This document shows, in pieces, positions 38,302-52,654 of a DNA stretch of 64,000 nt; the stretch's first letter is position 1; each line of letters begins with the position of its first letter. The notes under the pieces are model-generated. The model saw only the letters and a program-made list of their open reading frames with translations, searched no databases and had not been told where the DNA came from. Source of the DNA: Octopus sinensis (taxonomy: Eukaryota). The translations under genes and the position numbers were made by a program. The stretch lies in the NCBI RefSeq assembly GCF_006345805.1, contig NC_042997.1:57164001-57228000 (forward strand), written 5' to 3'.

Positions 38302-41300
38302 CTAAACAAACTGCCTCCTTTTGAATAGCCTCAATGACAATTTTTTATGAAGTTAAAGTATAGTTGACAATATTAATCTCAATATAGTACCAATGCTTAC
38401 TTTACTAACATATAGAGAGATTAATGATTAAATACAGAAAAACTTTAACTGTGAGCATTTAATCCAGCCCTGTCTCAGAATTTTCCATTATTTTAGCTTA
38501 TAATTAGGTTAAATCTTTATTCATCAACAAATTTGATGAGTTTATGTAACAGGAAAAGAAACAAGATAGTCTTGACTCAAAAGAAATCTAAATCAAATAT
38601 GTCATCAGAATTTTTTGCACATTTAAATAATGATTTATATAAATTTCAAACTGAAAAAATATTCCATGTGTTAAGATTTGAAGCTACATTGAAAATACTT
38701 TTTATGTGTCTCGACACATGAAACTAGCTGTGGACAGTGAAACTCTCTGATTAACAACTACTGTTGCTACCTGAAAAATTGTCTGAATATTTCAGTGGTT
38801 TTCAGAAACCTCCAAAGTTGAGTTTGTTTCCAACTAAGTTTCATTAGTATTTCCTATTATAACAAACTACACCATAAACTTTTGTGCTTATCAGAATATC
38901 AACAATGTTTACATTCCTATTGAGCAGTAAATATCAAACTTAAGACACTATGCTTGAAATGACAATGTCCAAGATGAGGTGATCTACAAAACTTAACCAT
39001 ATATTTTTACCAGACTTAAGGGCCTACTATGTCCACTACTAAGAAGATTATCAGCTAAAAATATGCTTTGCTTGTGAAGCAATCTACTGAGCATGTGTGA
39101 GGTGAGGAAATAAAAAAAAAATGTACTTAGTTTCCCGGTGGATATTACCTGCTCCTAAAGACATTCAAATAAATATGGAATAAACAATTTCCATAGTGGT
39201 GTCAGTGGTGTTAAGAAGACCAAGAGGAATACAGAAAGGAGCTGTAACTGTATTATATGTCATTTTTTAATGAAATCAAACTGACATAACAACAAAGAAT
39301 AACTGAACCAATCACAATAATAATTGCAAAGAAACATAATCACATGCCTTTATTTTTTAGACTGTTTTATCTACATCTAAGTAAAGTAATCCTTTTCCTA
39401 ATGATGAAATTCCACCTAGAAATAAATTTGAAACTATTCACTGACAAAGTTTTCTAAATAACTGATTTAAGCCAAAGCACTAATTTGATATAAGCTGCAT
39501 CCAACACTCCATTATGTATAAACAAATATCTATAGTTATGTTACTTCCCTTGAGAATTACCATGTGTCATAAATCATAGAAACTGCTGGCATAACAGCAC
39601 ATCCTTACTATAGCCAATTAACATTTAACATTTAATGGTTCACTTGCTATGGTTATTAAAGATTTAAAATCAATATTGTAAAGTGCCTGAAAGTAACTCT
39701 TCTTGCAATGGCTGGTATCAATAAAAGAAGCACTACTGCTGATAGTTGTTTGTCAATGAAAAAATGGACAGATAATTTCTTTTTTCTAAGAAGCAAATGA
39801 GAATTGTATAAAAGACATGGTGGCAGATTACAATCTTGAATGCTACTATTTGACCAGGCATAAGGAACACAAAGAACTGAAAGGGTCTGTATTTAGACAA
39901 GCTGACTTTCTTAAAAGACTATGCAAGCAGCAGTCTATTTTCAAAAGACATTAAAAAAGAAATACCTCTGCAACATGATTCAGTCATGAAGTGTGTGAGT
40001 TAATTGCACAGAAAATATTAATGACTGTAATTATAAAAGATTCATAAAGTTGTTTTATTTTTTTAAACAGAATGGGTTTTATTACCTTGATATTATAAAA
40101 TAATTCTATGGCAATATTTTGTTCTCATTATATTATATATAATGCAAGTATTTCAAACAACAATGGCTAATTCAAAATAAATTTGCTCTCAAATTAAGTG
40201 TGTATATGTCATTATTTACAATAGTAAGGATAGAATTGTTAGAGTCTGAAAGAAAAAGCTGTATGATAGTTAGTTGTGGCTCTAACAGGGTGAGTTCAAA
40301 TCCAGCTGAGGTCAACCATGATATTCATCTTTCTGGGATCAATAAAATAAAGTATCAGTCAAATGTAGTTTGTAAGAAAACACACCCAGCTCAGTAGAAC
40401 TAAGTTCTGGATTCATTGTGTGTATGTGTGCACACATGCACACACACATGTGCATAAATGGGCCCTTTACCCAATTTCCTTTTTAAGACACTCCCACCAC
40501 CCTTCAGATCTCTAACTGCAACTTTTCCTCAATACCACTAATCTTTTTCACAACCTGGAACCATTTCACTCAATATCCATCCCTCATTCTTAATACTGTT
40601 CTTTCTACCCACATTTTAAATTAACACCTCCCTCTGAGCCACTAAATTAAACTACTTCTCCTCCTCAGCACCACACATCTCTCCCAACACTCTTTTGAAA
40701 CCTGCTCAACCACTCACCATCATCTCTCTCTCTCTCTCTCTCAGTCTCTCAATCAATCACCCTTTCCCAGTCTACTGTAGCATCATTATTATTCTGCTAC
40801 CACTCATCCATATGCATCCTTGGTCACCTCCCACCCTATCTACAATTCATTACATCCATCCTTCAACCCTATCCAGTCTGCAGTTGTCACCTATTCTTCT
40901 CTGCTTATCATCCACTCAACACTTGTTCATTATATACACTCTCTCACCAATTCCACATCTCTAGCCACTTCTCATTCTCGAACACATCCTGGCAACCTCT
41001 ACTCACTTATACTCTTGGCTCTTCTTCGCCCATTCACTTCTATGTACAACATTGAAGGACTACACAGATGCTTCATTATTTTATCTCTTCCCTGTTCCTC
41101 CCTGGTCACCCCCACCTCTTCTAAAATGTGGGTAACCACGTAATTACTCACAGCAAGAAACCTGCTCTGTTCTGGCCCTTTCTTTCATATTTTATCTCAT
41201 CTGTTACCATAAAACTGCTTTTCTTGGGGTTTATAGTCTTGCAAGCTTCATGTGACCTCACCCATGCTGGAGTCAGAAAAAGGTATCCAGTACACACTAT

Positions 41301-44300
41301 AAAATAGTTGGTATTATGAAATATATTCAGCTATAGAAACCATGTGGAGCATGATGCAGTCCTCGGACATAGATCCAGTCAAACTAGATCCATGGCAGCA
41401 TGGAGTGTGAACATTGATAATGTTTTTAAATATTGCTTTATGTTCAAATAATAACAAAAAAAAATAATGTTACATTACTTATTTATGAATTAATGATGAG
41501 CAGATACTAAAATCAAACAGTTTTTAGTTCCATTAACAACACAGTAATTAAGAAATATTTTATATTGATCTTTAAATTTGGAGTGGTATAAAGAAAAACA
41601 AAAATTAGTATTTTTTTATAAAAAAAACTAAGCCTGCTTCCAATTTTTTTCTCAACTTCTGAGTCTTAAAGATTATAACTGAAAGAAAAAAAACTACAAA
41701 TCCAAAATTAATAAATTTATCCTACTAGGGAGTAAATTTAACAAAAATTAAAAACAAAATGCACACACTCAGAATAGCTGTACCCCAATAGTGCTATTAA
41801 TCCAAAACAGTAAGTTCCTCTGCACTTATTAATGGGATGAACATAACCAATGATACTAAGAGCTCAAGAGCTGTCAGGCTATAACTGAGTGAACTTGGTC
41901 AACTTCTGCTGAAACCATTAATAAATAGACTTAAAGGGGAAAAAAATCAATATATTCAAACTCATTGTACCCCATATGATATAACAATATTTGTTTAAAT
42001 TTGAAGAGGACTATTATATTTGGAATGATGGATCTGTGGATAACACTTAATGCTATAAGCTTGTCTCAGCTAAACAACTATATTTCTCTTTCTTTTTTTT
42101 CATTAAAATTATTTCTTTTTACCCAATTTTCAATTTAACCACTGTATTTGTAAATGTCTTTATACTATCACACAGTCATACACTATCTGCACCATCTCAA
42201 GATTTTGTGTAAGATTTGTGCATGCTGCACTGACCAGAAACAATCTCAAGCATTGCAACAATATTCTCTCTCTCCAATATCTATTAGAGACAATACAGCC
42301 ATTACATTATATTCCTTAGTAAAGTAGATTATATATTTCAGTTTGCTTGGTTGGTAACAAATTCCACTTTTGCTTCCCAATCCAGTAAATACTAGAAGGA
42401 AGAACATTCAGATGTAAACAAACAAGAAAAAAATACTAGCAATATTTAATATTACTATACAGATTTCAAATTATCCTTACATCTCATTGGTTTTGAATGT
42501 ATTGGCTCACACACATACACATGAAATATGGAACTTTGATTTATATACTTTAAAGAGCAATACCATCACTATCCTGCAAAAATTCAGATCAGACTTGCTC
42601 CTCAAAATGTTCCGTATTTAATTAATCTTGATTAATTAAAATTTCATGGTTATCTTCCTCTGTCTTTTTTGGCCAAAATTAGTCAATTAGATAATGATTG
42701 TTCTCATCACAGTGTAAATTTAATTAAAATTTCTTGGCTTACTCTATCAAGTAAGTTAGTGCCTACTTTATTAAAACTAAATTGGAAATACATATGTAAT
42801 GTGTGTGTGTGAAAGCAGGCACATGCAATAATAGTTATAATGACAAATTATTAGAAAACATTCGCTATTATTTAGTACATCACCAGCTAACTGAATTATT
42901 GATTAATTATAATGACTAATTAAACAATATTGATTGAACATATATTGATAATAGAAATCTGTAAAGAAACACAAATCTAATAGTAAAAATATAATATAAT
43001 TATGAGAATATTTTTTAATGTCTGAATATAACATTTTGTTTGAATTTATTTATGAATGCTTTCATATGTTCAGTTAGTGTTGAACAATTAACTGTTCCTA
43101 AGCCTGTGTTTGATTTATGGAAAAAAGCATATTTTTTCATTATTTATCTTGAATAGCAAGCCCATAAAGTCAACACATGTATTTCTTTATCAAAGTCTGC
43201 AGATAATTTTTGATTTCCAGCTATAACCATTTTACTTTATTTATACAACTAATATCTTTAGAAAAGCATGGCCCTCTAAGTATCCCATCTTCACTGCCTT
43301 ATAAACCAAAAGCTTTGAACTTTGCAAAAAATTATTTCACCTAAGTATGTAATATACTTATTTTCTGTAAAGTTTTTATACAAATATGAAGTAACACATA
43401 TGAACACAAGTCTAACTAGAGACATAGCAAACAGACAAATACAGTAATGCATCTGATATACAGAGATATACATTATCTGTGTATGTGATAAAAAGATCCA
43501 CCTAAACATATAGTCTTATTTATTGACATACACATGCATTAAATCACATACAACCACACCTATATACACACATATCATAATCACTGTTCAATACAGCATT
43601 ATTGATTGTACTTTATCATGCCATTTTCTTGTTAACAATTTTCTCTCTTCAACTATTTAAACTTCCTATTATTTCTGTGCTGGAACAGTGTTTACCATTG
43701 CACCGTGCCAGGCAACCAACAGGAAACTCTTCAACAACTTTGCTTAGCTAACAAGATTCAAAACAGGGTGTGGTGATGTGAGAAAAATAAAATACCTGAC
43801 AAAGGTTATTAATGATGCTCTTCATTTCAGACACCAAATGTATACAGTCAACACATGCACATGTCTGGTTGTCACCCTATTGAAGATTTCATTATCTAGG
43901 CAATAGCAGACATCCTTCTGTTTAATATAAATCTATTTTATATTTTTCCTTGAAAAAAAAAATAAAATCTCCATTACAACTGTTTCCACTGATTTAGACA
44001 AGACTTTCACTTTTTAAACTACCATTCACCAATCATAATCATAAAGAGACATATTGGCACATTGTTGCAAAGCACACTGTAATCTATTTAAGTAACCTCT
44101 ACATGGTCACTTCGATTACTAGAAATAGCAACAAAATATTCCTCAAACCACACCTTATTGCCCATACTGTCCTATATTACAACATCTAACATTATTCACT
44201 GCATATCAGAGTGTGTATTGTGGTCTTCAATTTAGCAGAATTAATATATATTTGGAACAATAGATGAGTGAGTCACAGTTAGTCACTCAGTTGAGAGCCT

Positions 44301-45307
44301 GCAAACTACTGGTGTGCTCAATCAGAGCTGACTGAGGGCCACAAGAGCAATATGGCTATCTCTTGCTACAAATAAACAACAATGAGACTGGAAATTAAGA
44401 TAATAAACTGAAAAGTAAAGAAATCTTTCCAGTCAAAATAACATATTTATACAACATCATGGTATATGATAAATATGTTATTCTTCACATTACAATATCT
44501 AAAACATCATTATATATTGAATACTAACATATTTAGGTCAAACTTGACTTCTTAACATAATGGTTAATATGCTATGTCAGTTAAGGACTTTTTTTGACTG
44601 TATATATTTACATGTAGACACACACAACCATACATACACACATGAAAGTTGCATGGTAACAAAGATAATGTACTATGACATTAACCAATGAAATACTGAT
44701 GTGAATCCAATCTGTATCTTGTTTCCACCAATTTTTTAAACCTGTTTACACATTCTTAAAAGGAATCTTTGAATAAAAATCAATAAGTTTATTTGCATAA
44801 AAGATGCTTGTAAATTTATGTGGACAAGCGTATGTGCACATGCACATGAATAAGCTAATTTCCTGTTGTGTGATCTAATGTAAGTGTGAAAGCATAACCC
44901 TCACTATGGGCAAATCAGTAGACCGATATTTTAGCCATTTAAATACCCATAATACTATGAAGTTATTCATTGAGTAAACAAAAGAGATTTTGTGCAGTAC
45001 TTGAACAGCTAGAGTTAGCAGCTAAAATTTCCCCACCGATCACATTCTGTCATCTTAAGAAAACAAAAAGATATGTTGGATAAAATGTTGAAAAAAATGG
45101 AATCCCTACATCTAGAATATTTTTGGTGAGAGGTCATCTCAGTCAGCTAACCTGAGATTAAATAACGGGCTATCTTGAAATTGGAGAAGCCACAAATAAC
45201 AGTATTTATTTAATAGATTTCAAGTAATAAAATAAAGCAGAAATATAGGTGGCTCCATAGTTAACGCCTTTATAATACCATTGTTGTTGAATATGTGGAT
45301 GCATTAA

Positions 45308-45554
45308 CCCTTTAACTGCAGGAATTAAATGTCATGATTATTCCAGTGATGATATTAAATATACACTGTTATATTAAATATACATATGAATAATGGAATT
45401 GGTATTTTCTGCAAGTCACATTGCCTCAGTGAACTTGACATATTTCAACAAAAAGTAGTTTCAAACATGACATTACTTGACAAAATATAGATTAGTATAG
45501 AAAACTACTTTCTGCAATTAAGGGTAATGAAATTTTGAGTTCACAGTCAAAGGG
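45308..45554. mobile_element. piggyBac-type MITE
   Basis: TTAA|CCCTTTAACTG ... CAGTCAAAGGG|TTAA: TIR matches at 10/11 positions with an intact TTAA on both sides. Confidence 0.72.
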
Positions 45555-46677
45555 TTAATATAACAATGACAAACTAATGAAAATAAGAAAACATAACTTC
45601 AAGAGTGATTTAATGACTTAATAGATCTGGAGGCGGCTAATTTGAAGAAAAGAATCATATTTTCAGATTTACTTTGTTACAATAATAAAGAGCTAATATT
45701 TTATTATTAAATCTAATTAGAAAAAAAAATCACTTCCACGTATCTAAAATTTATCATGTAAGATAATAATTTTCCCAACTATTATCTTTATGTTTAGATT
45801 GTACAAATGTAATATTATATCTACACTATGATCTACATAGTTCACTCTCTAATTGTAATGCTTCTGTATATAGGATCTGGGAAGAAAAAAAAAAGACTTT
45901 AAAAAATCAAATTTATTGCTTTACTTGCAATTTAATCAAACTTATCTCCTGCAAAATACTTTCCTCCCTTTATTGATATACTGTCCCTAATGATTTTCTA
46001 ATTTCAAAATAAGTTCTGTTATGTGCTTTCAGGATAAGTTAGCAGTTATGGGAATAAATTTTCCAAAACCTCTTCTTTCAGAATGAATTTCAGTTAGTGG
46101 GTGGGGAAGAGCCTGCAGGAACCAAATAGCCATCTGGAGAGTGGAATGTCAGGGAGTCGTTCTTGAGTGTGTTTAACTTCCGTGAGGAATATCTGTGAAG
46201 TGTAAAGTTAGTTATGAACACAGCTGCAACATCATGTCTGTTGCAAATTCTCTGAATTTCATTCACAGAGGCTCTTCTAGTAAAACAGAGAGAGAAAGTG
46301 AGAATGAAGTCTGATTTAATACTACTGTATGCTTGAGAGTGGACGTGGGTTTTAGTTGATGTATTGAACACACTGTTATTCAGAAATGTTTTGTGAGATG
46401 GTTCGTTTCTTCTTTATAAGTATAGATTATTTGTGCTTGAAGTTGAAGGCACTTAATAATTTTTCTATTCTTTGATGTACTGGTGTAAAGGACAAAATTA
46501 GTTGTCACAACACTTGTGTATAAATACTAATAGCTATCAAACCAATAATTAAGATAAACTCTCTTTAGCCTACAGGCTCATTAGGCTGGCACTAATCTTG
46601 TTTCTGAGGAGTTGAGAGACAGAGTACAAAAATCACTCTGGAGAGGATACCAGTCAGTCACAAAGTTAACTCCCAGC

Positions 46678-47540
46678 TGTTGTTGTTCACCTCAAGTGCC
46701 TGAGAATAACTTTCAGAAGCGCTAGAGCTGTGGAAGGGAGATGAATCATCTCATCCATTGTAGCCCCTAGTTGGCGGATATAGTGTTCCACCATCAGGGC
46801 CGGACATATCAGCCAGAGATGTTCTGTAAATTCCATCTCCTCATTACAGAGTCTGCATTGACCTGTGTCGCTGCATCCTGCCACCTTTTGCCACTCCCTG
46901 AGTGCTGGATGATGACCACTATGGAAGCGTATCATGTCTGTGAAGTCTGCCTTCGAGAGGGCTGCTTCGATTCTTTCATCCAGCTTCTTCATGAAGACTT
47001 CCTTCAGACGGGGGTGTTGAATTGACATTGGCTGGAATGTTTGACGAATAACTGCCTGACGAATGGCAGCATCCAGTTGTGGCAGCGCCAAGCCATATTT
47101 TGCCTGCATATTTGCGAGTTCATTACTGCAGAGGTTGTAATGGCCTGGCACCCAGATCACCGTCAAAATCTTGCCAGCTGCTACAAGGGCTGCTGTTTGT
47201 TGCAATTCTATAATTGTCAGGTCTGGGGGGAACGGGTTGTTTACTGCTTCAACCAATGATTTGCAATCGCAGACTATTGCTGTGGAGGCCCAGTACATCA
47301 GGGAGCTTGGGTAGGCTGGCAAGTGTTTGTTGAGCTGCCAGCAGTTGTACATTGACAGGCATCTGCTTCATGGTGGGATTGTAGACGGTAGTAAGGAAAA
47401 GGGGATTTCCCATGGCAGAGGTGGACGCCATATGTTGGGACGGGGGAACAATGTTCAGTCATGCTAAGGCTGGGAGTTGTTGACTTCTCCAGTCTGTCTG
47501 CTTGAGTCGTTTGTGGGTGTAGATGTTCAGAACTTTATAA
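46678..47540 (-). mobile_element. 5'-truncated RNase H-bearing LINE (I/Nimb/ingi-like group)
   Basis: ORF 46687-47352 has DCKSLVEAV, WVPGHYNLCSNELANMQAK (RNase H C-half) and the CCHC-type CRLCNEEMEFTEHLWLICP. An ACAACAACA tail follows the stop directly. Confidence 0.82.
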
Positions 47541-47854
47541 CGCTCAGTGGTTAGGGCAGTGGACTCGCGGTCGTAGGATCGCGGTTTTGATTCCCAGACC
47601 AGGCGTTGTGAGTGTTTATTGAGCGAAAACACCTAAAGCTCCACGGACGGGGCTCTGGCAGGGAGTCATGGCAATCCCTGCTGTACTCTTTCACCACAAC
47701 TTTCTCTCACTCTTTCTTCTATTGGCCCATTTGCTTAGCCAGCGGGGTGGCATCATTTGAAGGCTAAAACAAGGCGAAGCGCATTGAGACCAGCAATGTG
47801 TAGCAACATCTGATAGCCTGGTTGGTCACGTGACGTGACATGACATGATGTGAC
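47541..47854 (+). mobile_element. tRNA-derived SINE (distinct family)
   Basis: A-box-like GCTCAGTGGTTAGGGC, B-box-like GGTTTTGATTCCC, retained CpGs, and a 3' tail of 5-bp repeats (GTGAC/ATGAC). Confidence 0.7.
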
Positions 47855-50383
47855 TTCTTTTCTGATGTTCCCCATCAAAATTTCTTTTGTAATATTGCTA
47901 ATATATACAACCTATAATATTAATTTGTTGCATTCTGTAATATTTTCAACAACAGATTCATTGATATTCAGCATTCCAAAATTTTTAAATCCCACCTAGA
48001 TCATCAACTTTACCTTTCATCTTTTCAAGATCAATAAAATAAGTGCCTAACAAGTACTAACGTTAATGTAATTGACTAAGCCTCTTCTCCTAGAATTGCT
48101 GGCCTTGAGCCAAAATTTGAAACAATAGGGTTGCAAGTTGGCAGAATCATTAGCATGTCGGTCAAAATGCTTTGTCACATTTCCCTCAGTTCTTTATGTT
48201 CTGAATTTTCTCTCAGCTCTATGTTCTGAATTCAAATGTCACCAAGGTTGATTTTGCTTTCAATCTTTTTGGATTTGATAAAATAGGTACCAACTGAGCA
48301 TTGAGATTGATATAATTGGCTAACACCTTCCACCTAAAATTGATGGCCTTGGGCCAAAATTGGATATCGTCATCATCATTATTTGCAAACTTGCCAATCA
48401 AATTTTTTCCTCATGGTTGACATGAAAAATTGACTTTCAAATTAGAAAAAGATTACTAATTACAAGACAGACTTTTTCTGAATTGCCCAAATCTATTGCA
48501 AATCATCATCATAAATAGAAAAGCATATTAGATCATGGGCTCAAGATACACTGACTGAAAAAAAAAAATTTTTAAAAAAAGGAATGCTTTTGGTCATAGG
48601 ACTGACTTAAGAGCTAAACAACAACATCAACCTCTCTAATTTGTATCTTTTTTAAGAAGACATGCTTCTCAAAATTTTGTAAAACTCAGTTTAAAAGATT
48701 TTTCATGTTTTTTTTTTCTTTACTTGCTTGCAAACTTGGCAATCAAAATCAAAACAAACAATCAAAAAGTGTATGGTGACTTAATCTGAAAAAGGTACTT
48801 GATACTGTCCTCCAAGTTAAATTAACAAAGCTCCTTTATTATGCACCATACATAATGACAAAAGTAAAGGACTTTGTAAATGTTTTAGTGACATTAATTA
48901 GGGAATATATAAGGGAAGAATTCTTTTGTAAGCCAAACTGCAGCTAACAAAACTTTTCAAAGAAAATCAGTAAAATATGAACGTTCTAACTTTTCAAAAA
49001 TCTTAATGCTTGACAGCAGATAAATAAGCTTTTTATTGTATAGTGGCAGAGGAAATTTTCCCATAGATACTTTTTGCATGAAGAACATATACTTAAGAGC
49101 AGGGTAATATATTAAATGCACTGAACAATAAAATGAAATAAAAAATAAAACATTTAATTACATTTAATTACAATGATAATTACTTTTAATTTAGGTGCAA
49201 TGGCAGCAATTTTGAGGAGTGTGGTTTAATCCATGCCATTGACCCAGAACTTGACTAGTACTTTATTAGATCAACCCTGAAAGGATTAAAGGCATAGTTA
49301 ACCACACAGGATTTGAATGCAGAAGGTAAGTAGCCAGAAGAAATACTGCAGGGGATTTTTCACAGTATTCTAGTTGATACTGCTAGTTTGTTGCCATACA
49401 CTCATAGGAAAAGCAAAGTCATTGATTAGCATTAATGATACTTAATGTCAAAGGCAAAGAAGGTAACTTTGAAATCCAAATTGATTAAAAATTGAATGGG
49501 AGTATGCAGTGGAAAAGTGACTGATCTTTCGTGTGTCATTTTTATTATACCTCTTCAGCAAAATTTAATTTTACTTTTGAATGCCAGCAAGAATATGTAA
49601 GAATATTTGAGTAAAAGTATAGATTTCATCAAAAAGGTGTGAAGTTGTTACCATATTAGCCAAAAATCAGACACACTCCCCTACTACATTTCCATCACCT
49701 CTTATACAATATTTAGTCAATTTGAATTTCTGAGTTGCCTCCCCAGTACTTGACTAGAACTAATTAGCATTAATTATTTTAATGATTTTTTTTAACTATG
49801 GTGTAATTTTAATTAAATTTTCCTGGTTCACTTCATTATGTTATCCTACCCCTACACTTTAGTTACATAATTGCTACATTTCAGTTGGGAGTTACTTTGA
49901 TTATTTTAAAATTAGTAAGGACTGTTCTGATTCAGAAACATAGATTAAAGGTTTGTACCAATAGTTGTTTAATCCCAGGTCAGCCTAAATTGAGCAGATC
50001 TCTGATCAGAGGTATTCCAGTAATGGATATCCTATTGTTTGTCAGAGTATTTAAGACTAAATTATTCAATGTAGCCTTCCTTTTCTATTAAATGGTAGAG
50101 GTATGATTTGAGGAAGATTTGGTTGTTGATTTGTAGCAGGTTGGGAAACTACATAAAAGCCATGTTATGTTTCAGGGTTTTGTAAAAAGTATGAACATCA
50201 CAACATCCTGTTTCTATTCCCCGAAATTCATTGGCTTTTATTATTATTATGTAAGAAACTGACAATTCAGAAAGTTGAAAATCATAGGATTAAACTTAAA
50301 ACATGTCATACTTGTCAGTGTGAAAGAAATATTGCATACAGATTCAGAATTAATTGAATTGTAAAATAATATAATCTACTTAC

Positions 50384-50408
50384 CATTGTTTTAATTCCTT
50401 TTTACTAA
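50384..50408 (-). CDS. 25-nt coding microexon of the same NCS-family gene
   Basis: Minus strand reads ctgtttttctttatcatttcag|TT AGT AAA AAG GAA TTA AAA CAA TG|gtaagtag, i.e. (F)SKKELKQ(W). The terminal TG plus the first G of exon 57-105 gives TGG (Trp) in frame. From recall, vertebrate NCS1 has an equivalent 25-nt FTEKEVQQW exon. Confidence 0.85.
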
Positions 50409-52089
50409 CTGAAATGATAAAGAAAAACAGAAGATAAGTTGTTAGACAACTAAAATATCAAAAGTTAAGATTTTACTAAGATTAAAAATGATTAGTGAGC
50501 AAAAATATTTGTAGAATATTTAAGGATATTTAATGTGCCATGTGACTATTTTGTCAATGAGTCATTTGATCAAAGAAACTAGTTTCCCCTTTGTATTTTA
50601 ATAAATATGCATTCTGCAAATACTTGTACTTTTAAAATAACCCTCACAGTACAAACAGCATAACAAGTGACAAAGTTGGCCCTTGAATAATTTTGTTACC
50701 ATATTTCTGTTAAAATCTCTACCTTTGTTTCAATTAATTTTGAAATTAATTAAGGAGTTAGTAAAATGATATTATTAAGATGTTTGGAAATAAATTAACA
50801 GGAAATTTTGATGAAAGGTTTTACTTTAGATTACTTTAAAACAAGAAAGTTTCTTTCAAAGGGCCAAGAGCAGTTTCAGGTGGGTTGGTATCAAAAGGTT
50901 TAAAATTATAAGTACAGATATGCTTTCACATAGATGAAAGCATTAGAGAACTTAAAATATCAAAACAAGTGAGAATATGTTACACACTTGTCATTATGAA
51001 ACAGGTTCAGAATTAATTGAATCATAAAATAGTTTTCATCTCTGAAATTGCACTCACAGTAGAAAATAGTTACTAAAGATGTCATACAGTGGGATCAAAC
51101 CCAAGACTCCATGTGTAGGAAACAAACTTTTAAGGATTCAGCCATGCCTGCTGCACCCACAAAATATATGTACAAACCACACACAATGAATATATCAGTT
51201 GTTTTTACCCATGATAATGAAGGAATAGTGGACAGGTTAGTTAATAAGCTGAGCAAAAAAATATTACTACAGGGATCTGCTCATGAATAATTATATTTTT
51301 AAATCAATAAAGCATTAGCTAAATTATTTATAAAATAAAATCCACTAGTGTACTGACAGACAGAAACCACTCATTGTGCAGGTAAAAAAATAGTTTGTCT
51401 GGTATAGTCACATATCCTGCTACAACTCCTTGTCTGAAACCATGCTCTAAGGCACAGTTGAGTGAGCATGAAAGAGAGGCAGACAGAGAAAATCCTGGTC
51501 TGACAACTTTAGAGTAGCACCCTAATGATTGACTGCACCAGTTAAGGGAACTTGTTAAATTATTTAAGTAGGACACAAGGTAAATTAGTAGCCTGTTAAG
51601 ACCCTTAAGTAGAATCAAATATAAAAGGAAATGAGATTACCTAATATTCATATTGACCAATCTTACATATTTAGACTATCGGGTCTTTAAATGAATCTAA
51701 GGAACCTGATTAGACATATGTTGTCTACTTCAGTAATTTATTGTTTAAATTTAATCAAATTTAAAATAGCTTTTCATTCCTCTACTGGAACAGATATGAG
51801 AAAATAAAAGGCAATATTGTACTAATGTTAGAACAAGCAACTATATCGCTTACTTTTAAACAGTGGACAAGCTTGTGCCTAAAAAGAAAGAAAACTAAAA
51901 CGACAAACTTTATATTTATTGAAAGATAATACATGGAGTTCCTTATTGAACAAAAGTATCTCAGTCAAATTCAACATTGGATGAACTTTACATAGTGATG
52001 AAGAGTTATATGAAAATTTAGAATGCTGAAAAAGTTGTTGAGAAAGAAAGAAAAATCAAAAGATAGCAATTACTCTTTACTCTCTTTTA

Positions 52090-52286
52090 CTTGTTTCAGT
52101 CATGTTACTGTGGCCATGCTGGAGCACCGCCTTTAGTCGAGCAAATCGACCCCAAGACTTATTCTTTGTAAGCCTAGTACTTATTCTATCGGTTTCTTTT
52201 ACCGAACCGCTAAGTTACAGGGACGTAAACACACCACCATCGGTTGTCAAGCAAAGTTGGGGAGACAAACACAGACACACAAACAT

Positions 52287-52341
<55 letters not shown>

Positions 52342-52510
52342 TACATGACAGGCTTCTTTCAGTTTCCGTCAACCAAATCCACACACAAGGCTTTGGTCAG
52401 CCCGAGGCTATAGTAGAAGACACTTGCCCAAGGTGCCATGCAGTGGGACTGAACCCAGAACCATGTGGTTCGTAAGCAAGCTACTTACCACACAGCCACT
52501 CCTATGTCTA
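52090..52510 (-). mobile_element. CORE-type SINE, near full length
   Basis: Minus strand reads ggagtggctgtgtggtaagtagcttgc...gggttcagtcccactgcatggcaccttgggcaagtgtcttctactatagcc, with an internal (TA)n. Confidence 0.8.
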
Positions 52511-52654
52511 TGAGAAATATTAAAACCAATATTAAAACAAAGACGAAAAATTAAACTATTGTCATCTTCTTTGTCATTAACATCAGTTGATACTACTATT
52601 TTTAATAAATGTATTAAAAAAAATTTGACCATTTGCAACAGGATTATTACTAAT

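Noticed and set aside
47541-47620. tRNA gene
   Set aside because: It has A/B boxes but no complete cloverleaf, and it continues into a SINE body and tail.
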